A stretch of DNA of 64,000 nucleotides from a virus (IMGVR_UViG_3300013281_000008:1-64000), one strand, 5' to 3'; positions 45,810-56,004 are shown, counted from the first letter of the stretch. The notes: a model not told the origin generated them from the sequence alone. Translations and numbers: made by a program.

Positions 45810-47783
45810 ATGACAAGTGGTTATATAAAATTACCGGTTTCTGGCGGCGGTGGTGGAGCAGTTGACTCTGTTAATGGGCAAACTGGCGTTGTTGTTCTCA
45901 CAGCTAGTGATATCGGCGGCGGCACTGCCAATACTTTTGCCGGATTTGATGGAAGTGGAGATTTTCAATCTATCCCAGGATTTTCTCTATCGACGGATGT
46001 AAATGGATTTTTAATTGCTAAACCAATTCAGCCAGATAATGATTCTGGATTTTTTAACGTTCATAGTTATAATGGCACGTTTAATCCTCTTCAAAATAGT
46101 CCAAACGAAACTTGGTCATATCACAATACTTTTTTAGAGCTAGATACTGGAGACTCTGGATTTACATTTGGCACATCAGGGAACGCACTAACTGCATACA
46201 ATGTCACGATTAAACACTATGGTACCGGGGAATCTGGTTCACTATCGTTGTTTAGTAATAATTTTGATATAGGAAATGGAACAGATCCTGTCGCCGTTAG
46301 AGGACTTGGTTATTCTTTTGGATTTGGGACAGTTAATGCTAATGCGACTATTAAAAATGGAATTCAAGGTTATGGATTTCAATTAAATGTTAATGCCAGT
46401 GCTACACTAGATTCGGCTACCTCATATACGAATGCCTTTTACGATTTTGCCAACTACGCAACAGCTAGTAATAGTTATGTTTCATATACAGCCAGTCCAA
46501 TAATCGAAGAAATACGAAATAATAATGGGTATAGCGGTTTAAATATAAATCCAACAATAGACACATTTACTGGAAATGCCGGTTTTACTGGCGTTGGTAT
46601 TGCTGGGGATTTAGGCACATTTGGTACTGGAGGATTTAACGGATTAAATGTAAACCCGAATATTGATTTAATTAATACCACCGCGTACGGCATATTTGTA
46701 TCAATGGATAACGTTACTCTATATGCTGGCGCTCAATCATCTCTGGTTGAACAAGATATTACATATACTTGGATTCAAGCTGGTGATAATGATGTTTATA
46801 CTTTGGAATATGTTGACGATACCACAGCCGGTAATGAATCTGTTACAATTGCAGGAACCGATGTAACAGTTCATATCGAATCTGGCGTATCAACTGCCAC
46901 TCAAGTTAAAACGGCTTGGGATGCGTCTCAAGCGGCGTCGGCAGTTAATGCAGTTATTACTGGAACTGCTGGAGACGCGCAAGTTGCATTTGGTCCAACT
47001 AATTTTACTGGTGGTGAAAATCCCGGTACTAAAAAAGCAGCTTATCTGGATGGAGACGTAGAAATTACTGGGTCTTTACAATTCGGCGGTGCTTTATCAA
47101 TTGGACAACTCAATGCTTTTTATTCGGCCCCACTTGTTAGTAGTCCTGGACAACCTACGTCTACTCATTTACTCATTTCTGCCCCAACAGTTGCTGCAAA
47201 CGCTACGGTATCTAGTGCTGACTTTTTAGGCGTTAATACGGCATGTTTGATGCAATTTGGAGATAATAGTACAGTAACAACTGATTTTCTTGGAGTTGCA
47301 GCTTTAGGTCTTCCAGCTGTCGCTAGTTTTGGCACAGGTGCAACAGTGGACCGGGTATCCGGCGCAACATTTGCTTTAAGTTTAGATGCTTCTTCAACTG
47401 GCGGAACTATTGATCGATTAGCACTTTGCCGTGCAATATCGATTCCAAACGGAATAACAGCTGTAACTCGTCAATATGGTTATGCTTTTGATCTTCCATT
47501 TGGAGATCCAGCAACAACTACTTGGGGTGTGTACATTTCTCCTGATTGTAATAACTTCTTAAAAGGAAGTTTAAAAATTGGCGGGATTGTTGATTCCACC
47601 GACGTTGTAACTAACGACAGCGTTGCGTTAGAAGTTGAATCCACAACTAAAGCCGTTGTATTCTCTCGTATGACAACTACTGAACGGGATGCACTTACTG
47701 CCATAAACGGAATGGTTATTTATAATACCACAGATGACAAGCTCCAAGTTAGAGCAGCAGGCTCATGGGTAGATTTACATTAA
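45810..47783 (+). CDS. fibre/spike-like structural protein
   Basis: SVNGQTG.V.L N-terminal motif; G/T/N-rich beta; C-terminal MTTT.R.A...GM.IYN.T...Q. Confidence 0.65.
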   Translation: MTSGYIKLPVSGGGGGAVDSVNGQTGVVVLTASDIGGGTANTFAGFDGSGDFQSIPGFSLSTDVNGFLIAKPIQPDNDSGFFNVHSYNGTFNPLQNSPNETWSYHNTFLELDTGDSGFTFGTSGNALTAYNVTIKHYGTGESGSLSLFSNNFDIGNGTDPVAVRGLGYSFGFGTVNANATIKNGIQGYGFQLNVNASATLDSATSYTNAFYDFANYATASNSYVSYTASPIIEEIRNNNGYSGLNINPTIDTFTGNAGFTGVGIAGDLGTFGTGGFNGLNVNPNIDLINTTAYGIFVSMDNVTLYAGAQSSLVEQDITYTWIQAGDNDVYTLEYVDDTTAGNESVTIAGTDVTVHIESGVSTATQVKTAWDASQAASAVNAVITGTAGDAQVAFGPTNFTGGENPGTKKAAYLDGDVEITGSLQFGGALSIGQLNAFYSAPLVSSPGQPTSTHLLISAPTVAANATVSSADFLGVNTACLMQFGDNSTVTTDFLGVAALGLPAVASFGTGATVDRVSGATFALSLDASSTGGTIDRLALCRAISIPNGITAVTRQYGYAFDLPFGDPATTTWGVYISPDCNNFLKGSLKIGGIVDSTDVVTNDSVALEVESTTKAVVFSRMTTTERDALTAINGMVIYNTTDDKLQVRAAGSWVDLH

Positions 47784-48004
47784 GAGGATTTTATGACTAG
47801 AGAACAAGCTAAAACAATTGTAGACGAACTTTCTGATAAAAAGAATTTATCATCTTTAGAACGTAAACAACTAATAGACGCACTTAAGATATTAGCCAAC
47901 AAATGGTCAATGCCTAGTTAAATGATTTTGATTACTACCCAATAGTTGGGCGTAATAACCAAATAAACTATCCCTTAATTGGGACGTATTAAAGGAGATA
48001 TAAA

Positions 48005-48961
48005 ATGTCAGACACTCAAACCCCCGCTCCACAGGAATCTGTTGGAGAAATTGCAAATCAACAAGCCAATGAAGGTTCTATTACAGAAGCCGTTTCCGAG
48101 GCGACAACCCCGGCGCAGAACGCTGTTTCCCAACTTCAAGAAAGTGGAGTTGATGTAAAAGAATCTGCAAACTCAACGCCTGAAAATAAGAAATACAAAG
48201 TTAAGATCGATGGTAAAGAAGTAGAAGTTACGGAAGATGAACTTCTAAAGGGTTACCAAAGTTCTAAATCGGCAAGCAAACGCTTCAATGAAGCTGCTAA
48301 AATGCGTAAAGAAGCCGATCAGCTTATTGAGTTTATGAAGACTCAACCTGTTCAAGTTATTGAACAACTTGGTCATAATTTCCGAGAAATCGCTGAACAA
48401 TACTTAATTCAAAAGCTTGAAGAAGAAAGCATGGACCCTAAAGATCGCGAACTTCTAGATGCTAAGCGTAAGCTTCAAGAATATGAAGAACGAGAAAAAC
48501 AACTTGCCCAACAACGTGAACAAGAAGAATACGCTAAAATGAAGTCTTCTTATGAAGAGCAAATTGATACTCAAATCTCTGATACTCTTCAAAAATCAGG
48601 CCTCCCCAAGACTCCCTACACAGTTAAAAGAATGGCTCAATATCTTTCTCGTGCTCTTGAGAATAACCTAGAACTCGCACCAAACGATGTAGTTGAACTT
48701 GTTAGAAAAGACTACTACAACGATCTTACATCTTATCTTGGTGGATATGATGGAGATAAACTCCTGGAAGTAATGCCTAAAGACGTGGTTGAAAAGATCC
48801 GTAAGGCTGAACTAGCCAAGGTTAAAGCTAAAACTGCTCCTACTCCTACGAAAGTAGAAGAAGTGGCTAAGCCTAAATCTGAAGATGCTGATAAGAAAAA
48901 TAAGAAGAAAATGAGCATGGCTTCTTTTCGTGAATGGGCAGATAAAGCGTCAAGAGAGTAG
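48005..48961 (+). CDS. capsid scaffolding protein
   Basis: KYKVKIDGKEVEVT.DEL.KGYQ motif; coiled coil; lies between portal and MCP. Confidence 0.85.
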   Translation: MSDTQTPAPQESVGEIANQQANEGSITEAVSEATTPAQNAVSQLQESGVDVKESANSTPENKKYKVKIDGKEVEVTEDELLKGYQSSKSASKRFNEAAKMRKEADQLIEFMKTQPVQVIEQLGHNFREIAEQYLIQKLEEESMDPKDRELLDAKRKLQEYEEREKQLAQQREQEEYAKMKSSYEEQIDTQISDTLQKSGLPKTPYTVKRMAQYLSRALENNLELAPNDVVELVRKDYYNDLTSYLGGYDGDKLLEVMPKDVVEKIRKAELAKVKAKTAPTPTKVEEVAKPKSEDADKKNKKKMSMASFREWADKASRE

Positions 48962-48969
48962 TATTAAGA

Positions 48970-48999
48970 GGGGACAGATTAGTCTGTCCCCATTTTTTT
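48970..48999 (+). terminator. intrinsic terminator
   Basis: GGGGACAGA-ttag-TCTGTCCCC followed by ATTTTTTT. Confidence 0.85.
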
Positions 49000-49001
49000 A
49001 T

Positions 49002-49570
49002 ATGAAACCATATGGAATTATCTATAAAGTTACTAATAAATCCAATGGAAAGGTCTACATCGGGCAGACTGTTCAAGGTCTGAAACAACGTAAAAACAAA
49101 CATATTTATACTTCTAAACGACAGATAACAAATTTGCATTACATCATGCTATAAATAAATATGGAAAAGAAAGCTTTGATTTTGAGACTATTTGTTCTTG
49201 CTTTGACATTGATGAGCTAAATAAACAAGAACAACATTTTATCGAACAATACAAATGTATCGCACCCAATGGCTATAACTTGAAAAATGGTGGCTATAAT
49301 AAAAAGTATAGTGAAACGACCATTCGTAAAATGAAAGAAATAGCGAGTAAACGAGGCCCTAATCATCCATCGACTTTAGCTCTTTTAGATAGAAGTAAAA
49401 ACTATCAAAAACAAAAAGGTTGTATTGGTAATGTTAGACGTTTTATTCAAGCCGAAGATGGGACGATTTATACAGGTGTTACTGAATTAGCTAAAAAGCT
49501 CGACACAACGGCTTCTTCAATACATAATTCTATTAAAAAAAGAGGCAAATATATTTGCCTATTATTTTAA
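49002..49570 (+). pseudogene. GIY-YIG homing endonuclease with a -1 frameshift near 49120
   Basis: GIIYKVTN..NGKVYIGQT in the first frame; ...AINKYG.E.F...E.HFI..Y....PNGYNL..GG continues in the -1 frame from 49121. Confidence 0.8.
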
Positions 49571-49577
49571 TAAGTAT
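49567..49577 (+). promoter_or_regulatory. TTAATAAGTAT candidate late promoter
   Basis: Ahead of the MCP leader. Confidence 0.7.
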
Positions 49578-49762
49578 ATATGGAAACATAGGTTTAGCTC
49601 CAAACGCTAAATCTTTTGAACGTTCAAAAGACTATTCAAAAGGTATTTAGGGTTAGGACACTAGATAAATGTTCTGTAGGGTTTATCCGTTCTGGACAAC
49701 TCTAAATAATCATTAAAACTAGTATTTTAACATTTAACCTAAATCAAAGGATATACAATAAT

Positions 49763-51310
49763 ATGTCAGGTGCAAATATTGTCAGCACGCTGTCTGGTCT
49801 GTTCAAAGAACAGTACAGTGACAAGCTCATGGATCTAGTTCCAGATGGCGTCAAGATGCTTCGAATGGTTCCATTCGTAGAATCTAGTAAAGAAATCGGT
49901 AATTTTTACCATCAGCCTTCTGTTTAAGCATAGGGCCCCTTATTAGAAATGATAAGGTAAACACTCTTTGAATTGCTGGAAACTCCAAAATAGGGACAAT
50001 CAGCAGCCAAGCTGTAGAAATACAGAAGGTTCAACGACTAGGTCATATGACCGTACCGTCAAGCGACGGGAAGTGGAGAGCATCCGAAAGGATGAAGAGA
50101 TAGTCTAATCTTGCAGGTAACTGCAAGCTGCTCGAAAGAGCGGACAAGATGTAGCGAATCTTGTTGAATATAAATGGTGCTTTTGGCACAAGAACACGGA
50201 CTCACGTACGCCCCGGCGAACGGAACGGCCTTCTCCCTAGGAGATGCCATTGCTGCTCGTCTTCAAGATGCTCAAATCGCTGGCGCTCAACTTCTGTTGC
50301 GCTCCTCGATCAGCTATGAAGCCGCTGCCCGTGCGTCGAACGATAAGAAAGCTTTCGTGAAAGCGACCAGCCTTCTTGTCGAAAACATGCTCAACTCAAT
50401 CAGCAAGCGATTGGAAATCTCGCTTCTCTACGGACAATCAGGCCTTGCCTCGTCTGTAGCGACGACTAACCAATCTGCTACTTCTACCCGTCTGGAAGTT
50501 CCTGCGGCTTCTTGGGCCCCTGGAATCTGGTCTGGATCGGAAAACGCTGTTTTGGTTGCGTACAACGGTACAACCCGTCTGAACGCTGCGGATACCGCTG
50601 GTTACACGGTTACTTCGGTTGATCTTCTCAACCGATATGTATTCGTGTCTGCATCTAGTGCTGATATTACGGCGATTGACGCTGCTTCTGGTAGCATCAC
50701 GCTGTACTTCCTCAGTTCAGTGGTTGGTTCCGGTGGAGGTCAAACCTTTAACGAAATGGCCGGTCTTGATAAGATCATTACGAACACTGGCTCGCTCTTC
50801 AACATCAACGCTTCTACGTATGCGTTGTGGAAAGGTAACTCCTACAGCGCCGGATCTGCGTCACTTAGCTTGACAAAGATCTTGAACGCCGTGGCGTTTG
50901 CCGTGGAACGTGGTCTTGATGAAGATGTAGTTTGCATGATGTCTGCAAAGACGTGGGCAAACATTGCTTCTGATCAAGCTGCTCTTCGTATCTATGATCA
51001 AAGCTACAAGCCCTCGAAGCTTGAAAACGGTGCTTCTGAGTTCGTGTTCAACGGACAAAATGGTCGCATCGAAATCCACACTTCAATCTACGTCAAAGAA
51101 GGTGAAGCATTCGTGTTTCCTCTTAAGAGACTTAAGAGAATTGGAGCTATGGATGTTAGCTTTAAAATGCCTGGTCGTAGCCAACAAGAAGACTTCTTCT
51201 TGGAGCTATCTAATGCTGCTGGGTACGAGCTCAGATGTTATACTGATCAAGCAATCTTCTGTGATTCGCCTGCGAAACTCGTGAAGATTACGAACATCGT
51301 TAATAGCTAA
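49763..51310 (+). CDS. major capsid protein, spliced: exon 1 49763-49918, exon 2 50177-51310 (429 aa)
   Basis: Exon 1 MSGANIVSTLSGLFKEQY...FYHQP joins in frame to VLLAQEHG...; follows the scaffold gene; high-expression codon bias. Confidence 0.85.
49919..50176 (+). mobile_element. group I intron (IA-like, 258 nt, ORF-less)
   Basis: P AAUUGCUGGAAA, Q AAUCAGCAG, R GUUCAACGACUA, S AAGAGAUAGUC; P1 GCCU|U:AGGGC with U.G; P10 AAGCAU:GUGCUU; terminal omega-G at 50176; P7.1/P7.2 hairpins. Confidence 0.92.
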
Positions 51311-51339
51311 TCAAAAGGCTACTTTTAGTGGCTTTTATT

Positions 51340-51366
51340 GGGGGTCCTTTTTGGACCCCCTTTTTT
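51340..51366 (+). terminator. intrinsic terminator after MCP
   Basis: GGGGGTCC-ttttt-GGACCCCC followed by TTTTTT. Confidence 0.85.
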
Positions 51367-51412
51367 ATTTATTTCACTTGACGGTCTTTAACATAGATGA
51401 TAATCTATGTGA

Positions 51413-52849
51413 ATGAAAGAATGTTCTAAATGCAAGCAGATTTTAGCTTTTGAAGAGTTTGCTAAATGTAAAGCCAATAGAGATGGTTATCAATATCAAT
51501 GTCGAAAGTGTAAGAAACTTGCAGTTGAACAAATTAAACTCCTTCACGTAGATGGAAATTATAGTGACAATATAAGTAATAAGCAATGTTCTAGATGTCA
51601 CAATCTTCTTCCTAAAGACGCTTTTACAAAGAATTCATGTCAGAAAGACGGCCTTCATAATGAATGTAAAGGATGTATGTCATTAAGGGCTAAATTACGT
51701 TATTCAAATAACAAGGATAAAATTAAAGCCCAACAGGCTAATTATTATAAGAATAATAAACATGTTAAAAATACTTATTGGCAAAAACGAATAAAAACCG
51801 ATGTACAATTTAAGATAAAAGTGGGATTAAGAAGACGTCTAAAATTAGCATTAACCAATAATTATAAGAAAGGGATGGTTATAAAGAATCTTGGCTGTAG
51901 TGTTGAGGAGTTTAAGTGCTATTTCGAGTCTAAGTTTCAACCCGGAATGACTTGGAAAGACTTTCTTAAAGGTAAAATACATGTTGACCATATTAAACCA
52001 TTATCTGCTTTTAATTTGACAGATCCTGAACAAATTAAAGAAGCTTGTCATTATACTAATTTACAACCTCTTTGGTGTGAAGATAACATTAAAAAGGGTT
52101 CGAAGTATATTAATACATTCTATGAAGATGATAATTTAAAAGTAAATATTATACCCATATCTGTTTTAGTTGGGATGGATAGACATCATTTATCTAAAGA
52201 GGTTCAAAAAACGAATAAAAGGCTTGTACAATTCTTTGATTTTGAATTGGTAGAAAGAGGATTTCAAATAACAAGCTTTGTAAAATCGGCTAGTGGACAA
52301 AATAAAAATAAGGTATTTGCTAGAAAATGTGAAATTAAAGAAGTTTCCCAAGACGATGCTAAAGGCTTTTTAGATAAATATCATATTCTAGGTGGCTCAT
52401 TAAATTTTAGATTAGCATTGGGTTTATTCCATAAAGATGATTTAATAGCTTTAGCGACATTTGGAGCACACCATAGGAATCATACTAAGAATGTATTAAG
52501 TCGTTTTGTGACTAAAATAGACTGGAATGTAATAGGTGGCTTGTCGCGACTTTCTAAAGCTGCTTATGATCAATTGGGTGAGATTTATACGTGGATTGAT
52601 TTACGCATGTCAAATGGGGATAATTGGATTAAAGCCGGTTGGATATTCGAAGAAAAGCTGAATCCCGACTATTTTTATTATAATTTCAAAGCCAATAAAG
52701 TAATTAAAAAGCAATCTCGACAAAAATCCCTGGTAAACACCCCAGACCATATGACTGAATTTGAACACGCCAAGCGAGATGGTCTAATCCGTATATTTGA
52801 TTGTGGTAAGATACGGTTAAAGTTTGACCCCAAAAAAGAATCTAAATAA
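51413..52849 (+). CDS. HNH endonuclease with Zn-finger repeats fused to a GNAT/Mom-like (Hef-like) domain
   Basis: Two CxxC..DG....CxxC repeats; HVDHI.P...HYTNLQPLW..DN..KG HNH; C-terminal ARKC.I.E...FL..YH..G...SRF...GG.SRL...D.R.S.G..W...G. Confidence 0.75.
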   Translation: MKECSKCKQILAFEEFAKCKANRDGYQYQCRKCKKLAVEQIKLLHVDGNYSDNISNKQCSRCHNLLPKDAFTKNSCQKDGLHNECKGCMSLRAKLRYSNNKDKIKAQQANYYKNNKHVKNTYWQKRIKTDVQFKIKVGLRRRLKLALTNNYKKGMVIKNLGCSVEEFKCYFESKFQPGMTWKDFLKGKIHVDHIKPLSAFNLTDPEQIKEACHYTNLQPLWCEDNIKKGSKYINTFYEDDNLKVNIIPISVLVGMDRHHLSKEVQKTNKRLVQFFDFELVERGFQITSFVKSASGQNKNKVFARKCEIKEVSQDDAKGFLDKYHILGGSLNFRLALGLFHKDDLIALATFGAHHRNHTKNVLSRFVTKIDWNVIGGLSRLSKAAYDQLGEIYTWIDLRMSNGDNWIKAGWIFEEKLNPDYFYYNFKANKVIKKQSRQKSLVNTPDHMTEFEHAKRDGLIRIFDCGKIRLKFDPKKESK

Positions 52850-52870
52850 TTCCTCAATCATTCCAATAAT

Positions 52871-52881
52871 TTAATAAGTAT
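52871..52881 (+). promoter_or_regulatory. TTAATAAGTAT candidate late promoter
   Basis: Intergenic; followed by a hairpin-rich leader. Confidence 0.7.
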
Positions 52882-52972
52882 TTATAGAACAACATTCAAC
52901 TTGTACTCCCTATACGGTATAGGGTTGCCTCTCTCCTTGAGGTCCTGTTGAATCAAAGGAGTGTAAATACTT

Positions 52973-53542
52973 ATGTCTTCACACACAATAATTATGTTTA
53001 AAACGGGCAACGATGTTGCTCAACAACGTCAATTGACTGAGTCTGTTGGTAACCCCAAAGTTTCTGGTCACAAGTTGGCCAACTTTGTTCGCGGATTACT
53101 TGGTGGTGCCAGATCTGCAGTTATGGAAATGGGTTCTGTTGATAACAGTGCTGAGCCGGTAGCTGCTTCTAAAGTTGCTACGTTTTCAGCAGCCCCGGCT
53201 GCTTCTGAAACGATTTCGATCAATGGCGTTGCTATTACATTTGTAGACGGCGTTGCTGGTAACAATCAAGTTAAACGAGACGATTCTCCTTCTAACTCGA
53301 CACTTGCCACACGATTGGCAGCTGCAATTAATAACAGTACGTCGGATGCCTTGGCCGGAGTTGTAAAAGCTGAAGCATCTAGTGCAAACGTGACGGTCTC
53401 TTGTTTGATTCCTGGTGTCATCGGAAACAGTATCGTTTTAGCAGACGCCGCTGCTGGTGTTGCTTGGGCAGGCGCAGCAACTGCACTTTCGGGTGGAGTT
53501 GGACGTTTACCTTCGTTGAATCAGTACAAATTTTCTCGCTAA
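52973..53542 (+). CDS. putative head decoration/structural protein
   Basis: Ala-rich beta protein after MCP; own promoter motif and terminator. Confidence 0.5.
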   Translation: MSSHTIIMFKTGNDVAQQRQLTESVGNPKVSGHKLANFVRGLLGGARSAVMEMGSVDNSAEPVAASKVATFSAAPAASETISINGVAITFVDGVAGNNQVKRDDSPSNSTLATRLAAAINNSTSDALAGVVKAEASSANVTVSCLIPGVIGNSIVLADAAAGVAWAGAATALSGGVGRLPSLNQYKFSR

Positions 53543-53552
53543 TTGAATGTTG

Positions 53553-53575
53553 GGGCCGGTTTAAACCGGCCCTTT
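53553..53575 (+). terminator. probable intrinsic terminator
   Basis: GGGCCGGTTT/AAACCGGCCC followed by TTT. Confidence 0.65.
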
Positions 53576-53612
53576 AACTCTCCAGGCAGGACGGAGAGAT
53601 TGGAGAGTCCTA

Positions 53613-55055
53613 GTGTCAATTTCTTTGAATATCAATGGCATAGTTTATCCTTTTCCTGTCGAAGGTGAAGAAAACTGGGGCCCAGATGTAACTAATTGGG
53701 CTCAGGCAATCACACAAGGTGCCCTACTTAAAGGAACTGGAGTACTGGGTGCTACTCAAGTTTTCACATTAACTGGGGACGTGGACTTCGGGGCCACGTA
53801 TGGTCTTCGAGTTGCTTACCTCAGATCTAGAACAGCAACTGCAGCAACTAGTGGATTAGTTAGGCTAGCCAATGCCGAAGAAATCAATTGGCGCAATCAA
53901 GCCAATAGCGCTAACCTTCCTTTAAGAGTCAGTACGGCTAACTGGCTTCAATTTAATTCTATCGATCTAGTAGATGTATCTACTGCGCAAAACTTAAGTA
54001 ATAAAGTGTTTGGATCACATTTACTTCCAACTGCGAGTAATACATATGATTTAGGATCAACTGGAACTCGTTGGAAAGATGGATGGTTTCAAGGTAATTT
54101 AACAGTTGCAGGAAGTCTCAGTGCTGGATCTGTAACATTTGCAGATTTTACTGCTACTGGAAATATAACATTAGGTGATGCAACTTCTGACACCGTCAAT
54201 GTTATTGCCAGATTTGTAAGTAATTTGATACCAAGCTCAAGTACTACTTATGATTTAGGAAGTAGTTCTTTAGTTTGGAATAATAGTTACTCAAATAGAG
54301 TATTGGTTGGTAACGGATCGACGGCAACACCATCAATTGCGTTTATTAGTGAAACTGGATTAGGCACATATAGAGATGCAAGTGGTTCAATCACTTTAGG
54401 TGCAAACACTGGCTCTCTTGCCCGATTAATTATTCGTTCGAACGATTTAAACGCAGCAACGGTTGTTCTATTAAATTCAAATGGCGGCGGTTCTGGGGAT
54501 CAATTGATCTCTTTTTGTGAAGCATCATCTTCAACTGGAGCATGGTCTGTTGGACGACACGATAGTGATTCAAGTGCTTTTAAAATTTCACAGGGATTAG
54601 TTACTTTAGGTACAAATGATTATTTTAGAGTGACTACTTCTGGTGAATTGACGCTTGGCGCAATAAGTAGTGTTCAAACACACACTATTATTGGCAATGC
54701 AGTTGCAAGACAGAATTCTTTGGGCGTTACAGTTACTGAGGATTCTTTATCAACAGTCACATTGAATGATAACCAGGCTTCTGCGACCAATGCCTTTACT
54801 TATACCGCAGCTGGTAATGAACATATTGTTCTAGATTATTCTATTTCACGAAGCACGGCTAGAGAAACTGGAACCATTCTTATTGGACAAAATGGCACCG
54901 ATGTTGAATTTAATCGCGTACACGGTGGTACTGGTGATACAGGAATCACCTTTAGTGTGGATATTAGTGGTGGTTTAGTGCGATTACGTTATACCAGTAC
55001 GAGTACTGGCTCCAGTGCAACAATGCGAGCCATTGCTCGTCGTTGGGGTTCATAA
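53613..55055 (+). CDS. fibre-like structural protein
   Basis: P...YDLGS repeats; C-terminal domain shared with the next fibre genes. Confidence 0.65.
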   Translation: MSISLNINGIVYPFPVEGEENWGPDVTNWAQAITQGALLKGTGVLGATQVFTLTGDVDFGATYGLRVAYLRSRTATAATSGLVRLANAEEINWRNQANSANLPLRVSTANWLQFNSIDLVDVSTAQNLSNKVFGSHLLPTASNTYDLGSTGTRWKDGWFQGNLTVAGSLSAGSVTFADFTATGNITLGDATSDTVNVIARFVSNLIPSSSTTYDLGSSSLVWNNSYSNRVLVGNGSTATPSIAFISETGLGTYRDASGSITLGANTGSLARLIIRSNDLNAATVVLLNSNGGGSGDQLISFCEASSSTGAWSVGRHDSDSSAFKISQGLVTLGTNDYFRVTTSGELTLGAISSVQTHTIIGNAVARQNSLGVTVTEDSLSTVTLNDNQASATNAFTYTAAGNEHIVLDYSISRSTARETGTILIGQNGTDVEFNRVHGGTGDTGITFSVDISGGLVRLRYTSTSTGSSATMRAIARRWGS

Positions 55056-55390
55056 TGGCACAGAATTTATTCAATATTAAGATTATTACCAATGGTGATA
55101 TGTCTGGTAATATTACTTCAGATGAAATCGATCTTTCCAAAGTCGATGGATATGCAATTCAAGCTGATTATACCGGATCTCCAACTGGAGATATTAAAAT
55201 TCAATGTTCAGTAAATGGATCGACTTGGGCAGATTATCCGTCTTCTGAAGTTGCAATTCCAACTGCGACTAGTCCTATTCTTTGGGAAATAACTACAGCT
55301 TTTTACGATAAGGTCAGAGTAATTTATACCGCGTCTTCTGGCTCTGGAACTCTCAATGTCCAAATTAATGTAAAAGGAACTGAGGATTAA
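55055..55390 (+). CDS. virion protein, paralog of 45472-45807
   Basis: Likely start ATG 55055; NLFNI..ITNGDMSGN motif. Confidence 0.65.
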   Translation: MAQNLFNIKIITNGDMSGNITSDEIDLSKVDGYAIQADYTGSPTGDIKIQCSVNGSTWADYPSSEVAIPTATSPILWEITTAFYDKVRVIYTASSGSGTLNVQINVKGTED

Positions 55391-56004
55391 TGTCCTATTT
55401 CGTTAAATTAGGCGATGGCGGAGCGGTCACTTGGAAAGAACCCTCGGCAACGGTTGGAGATTTACCCCCAACTGGAAATCAAGTTGGTGATGCTAGAATT
55501 GTTATTAGCCCAGCCTCTGTCTATGTTTGGGATGGAAGTTCCTGGCAGAATGTATCTTCTGGCGGCGGAGGATCTCCTGGGGGTGTTTCAGGAACCGTCC
55601 AATTTAATGATTCTGGGAACTTTGACGGCGATAGCCAATTTCAATGGAATGAGACCAATAAATTCATTAATTTGAATGGATTGGCAATTAAAGCACTTAG
55701 TGCCTCAACCAGTTTAGTTGACGCCCAAGCTTCACCTGTAACTGCTTTTTCATATAGTGCTACTAGTTATAATTTTACGATTATCGAATACTCAATAACA
55801 AGAAATACATCCAAACAGGTTGGGATGTTGTTTGTTTCAAATGACGCGTCTTCTGCCGCTTTAAGTAATGGATTTGCAAATTTATCAGATGTTGGGGTTG
55901 AACTATCAGCCAGCGTTTCAGCTGGAAATGTAAATATTCAGTATACAACTACTGCTACTGGATTTAATGCATTTCTTAAATATGCAATAAGACAATGGAT
56001 CTAG
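55390..56004 (+). CDS. fibre-like structural protein
   Basis: GDAR....VYVWDG.SW, PGG..G.VQFN..G.F.G motifs; shared C-terminal domain. Confidence 0.65.
   Translation: MSYFVKLGDGGAVTWKEPSATVGDLPPTGNQVGDARIVISPASVYVWDGSSWQNVSSGGGGSPGGVSGTVQFNDSGNFDGDSQFQWNETNKFINLNGLAIKALSASTSLVDAQASPVTAFSYSATSYNFTIIEYSITRNTSKQVGMLFVSNDASSAALSNGFANLSDVGVELSASVSAGNVNIQYTTTATGFNAFLKYAIRQWI

Noticed and set aside
50059-50250. Minus-strand 63-aa ORF, and ATG 50174 as the capsid start
   Set aside because: The ORF is antisense to the intron core; the G of that ATG is the intron omega-G and exon 1 supplies the real start
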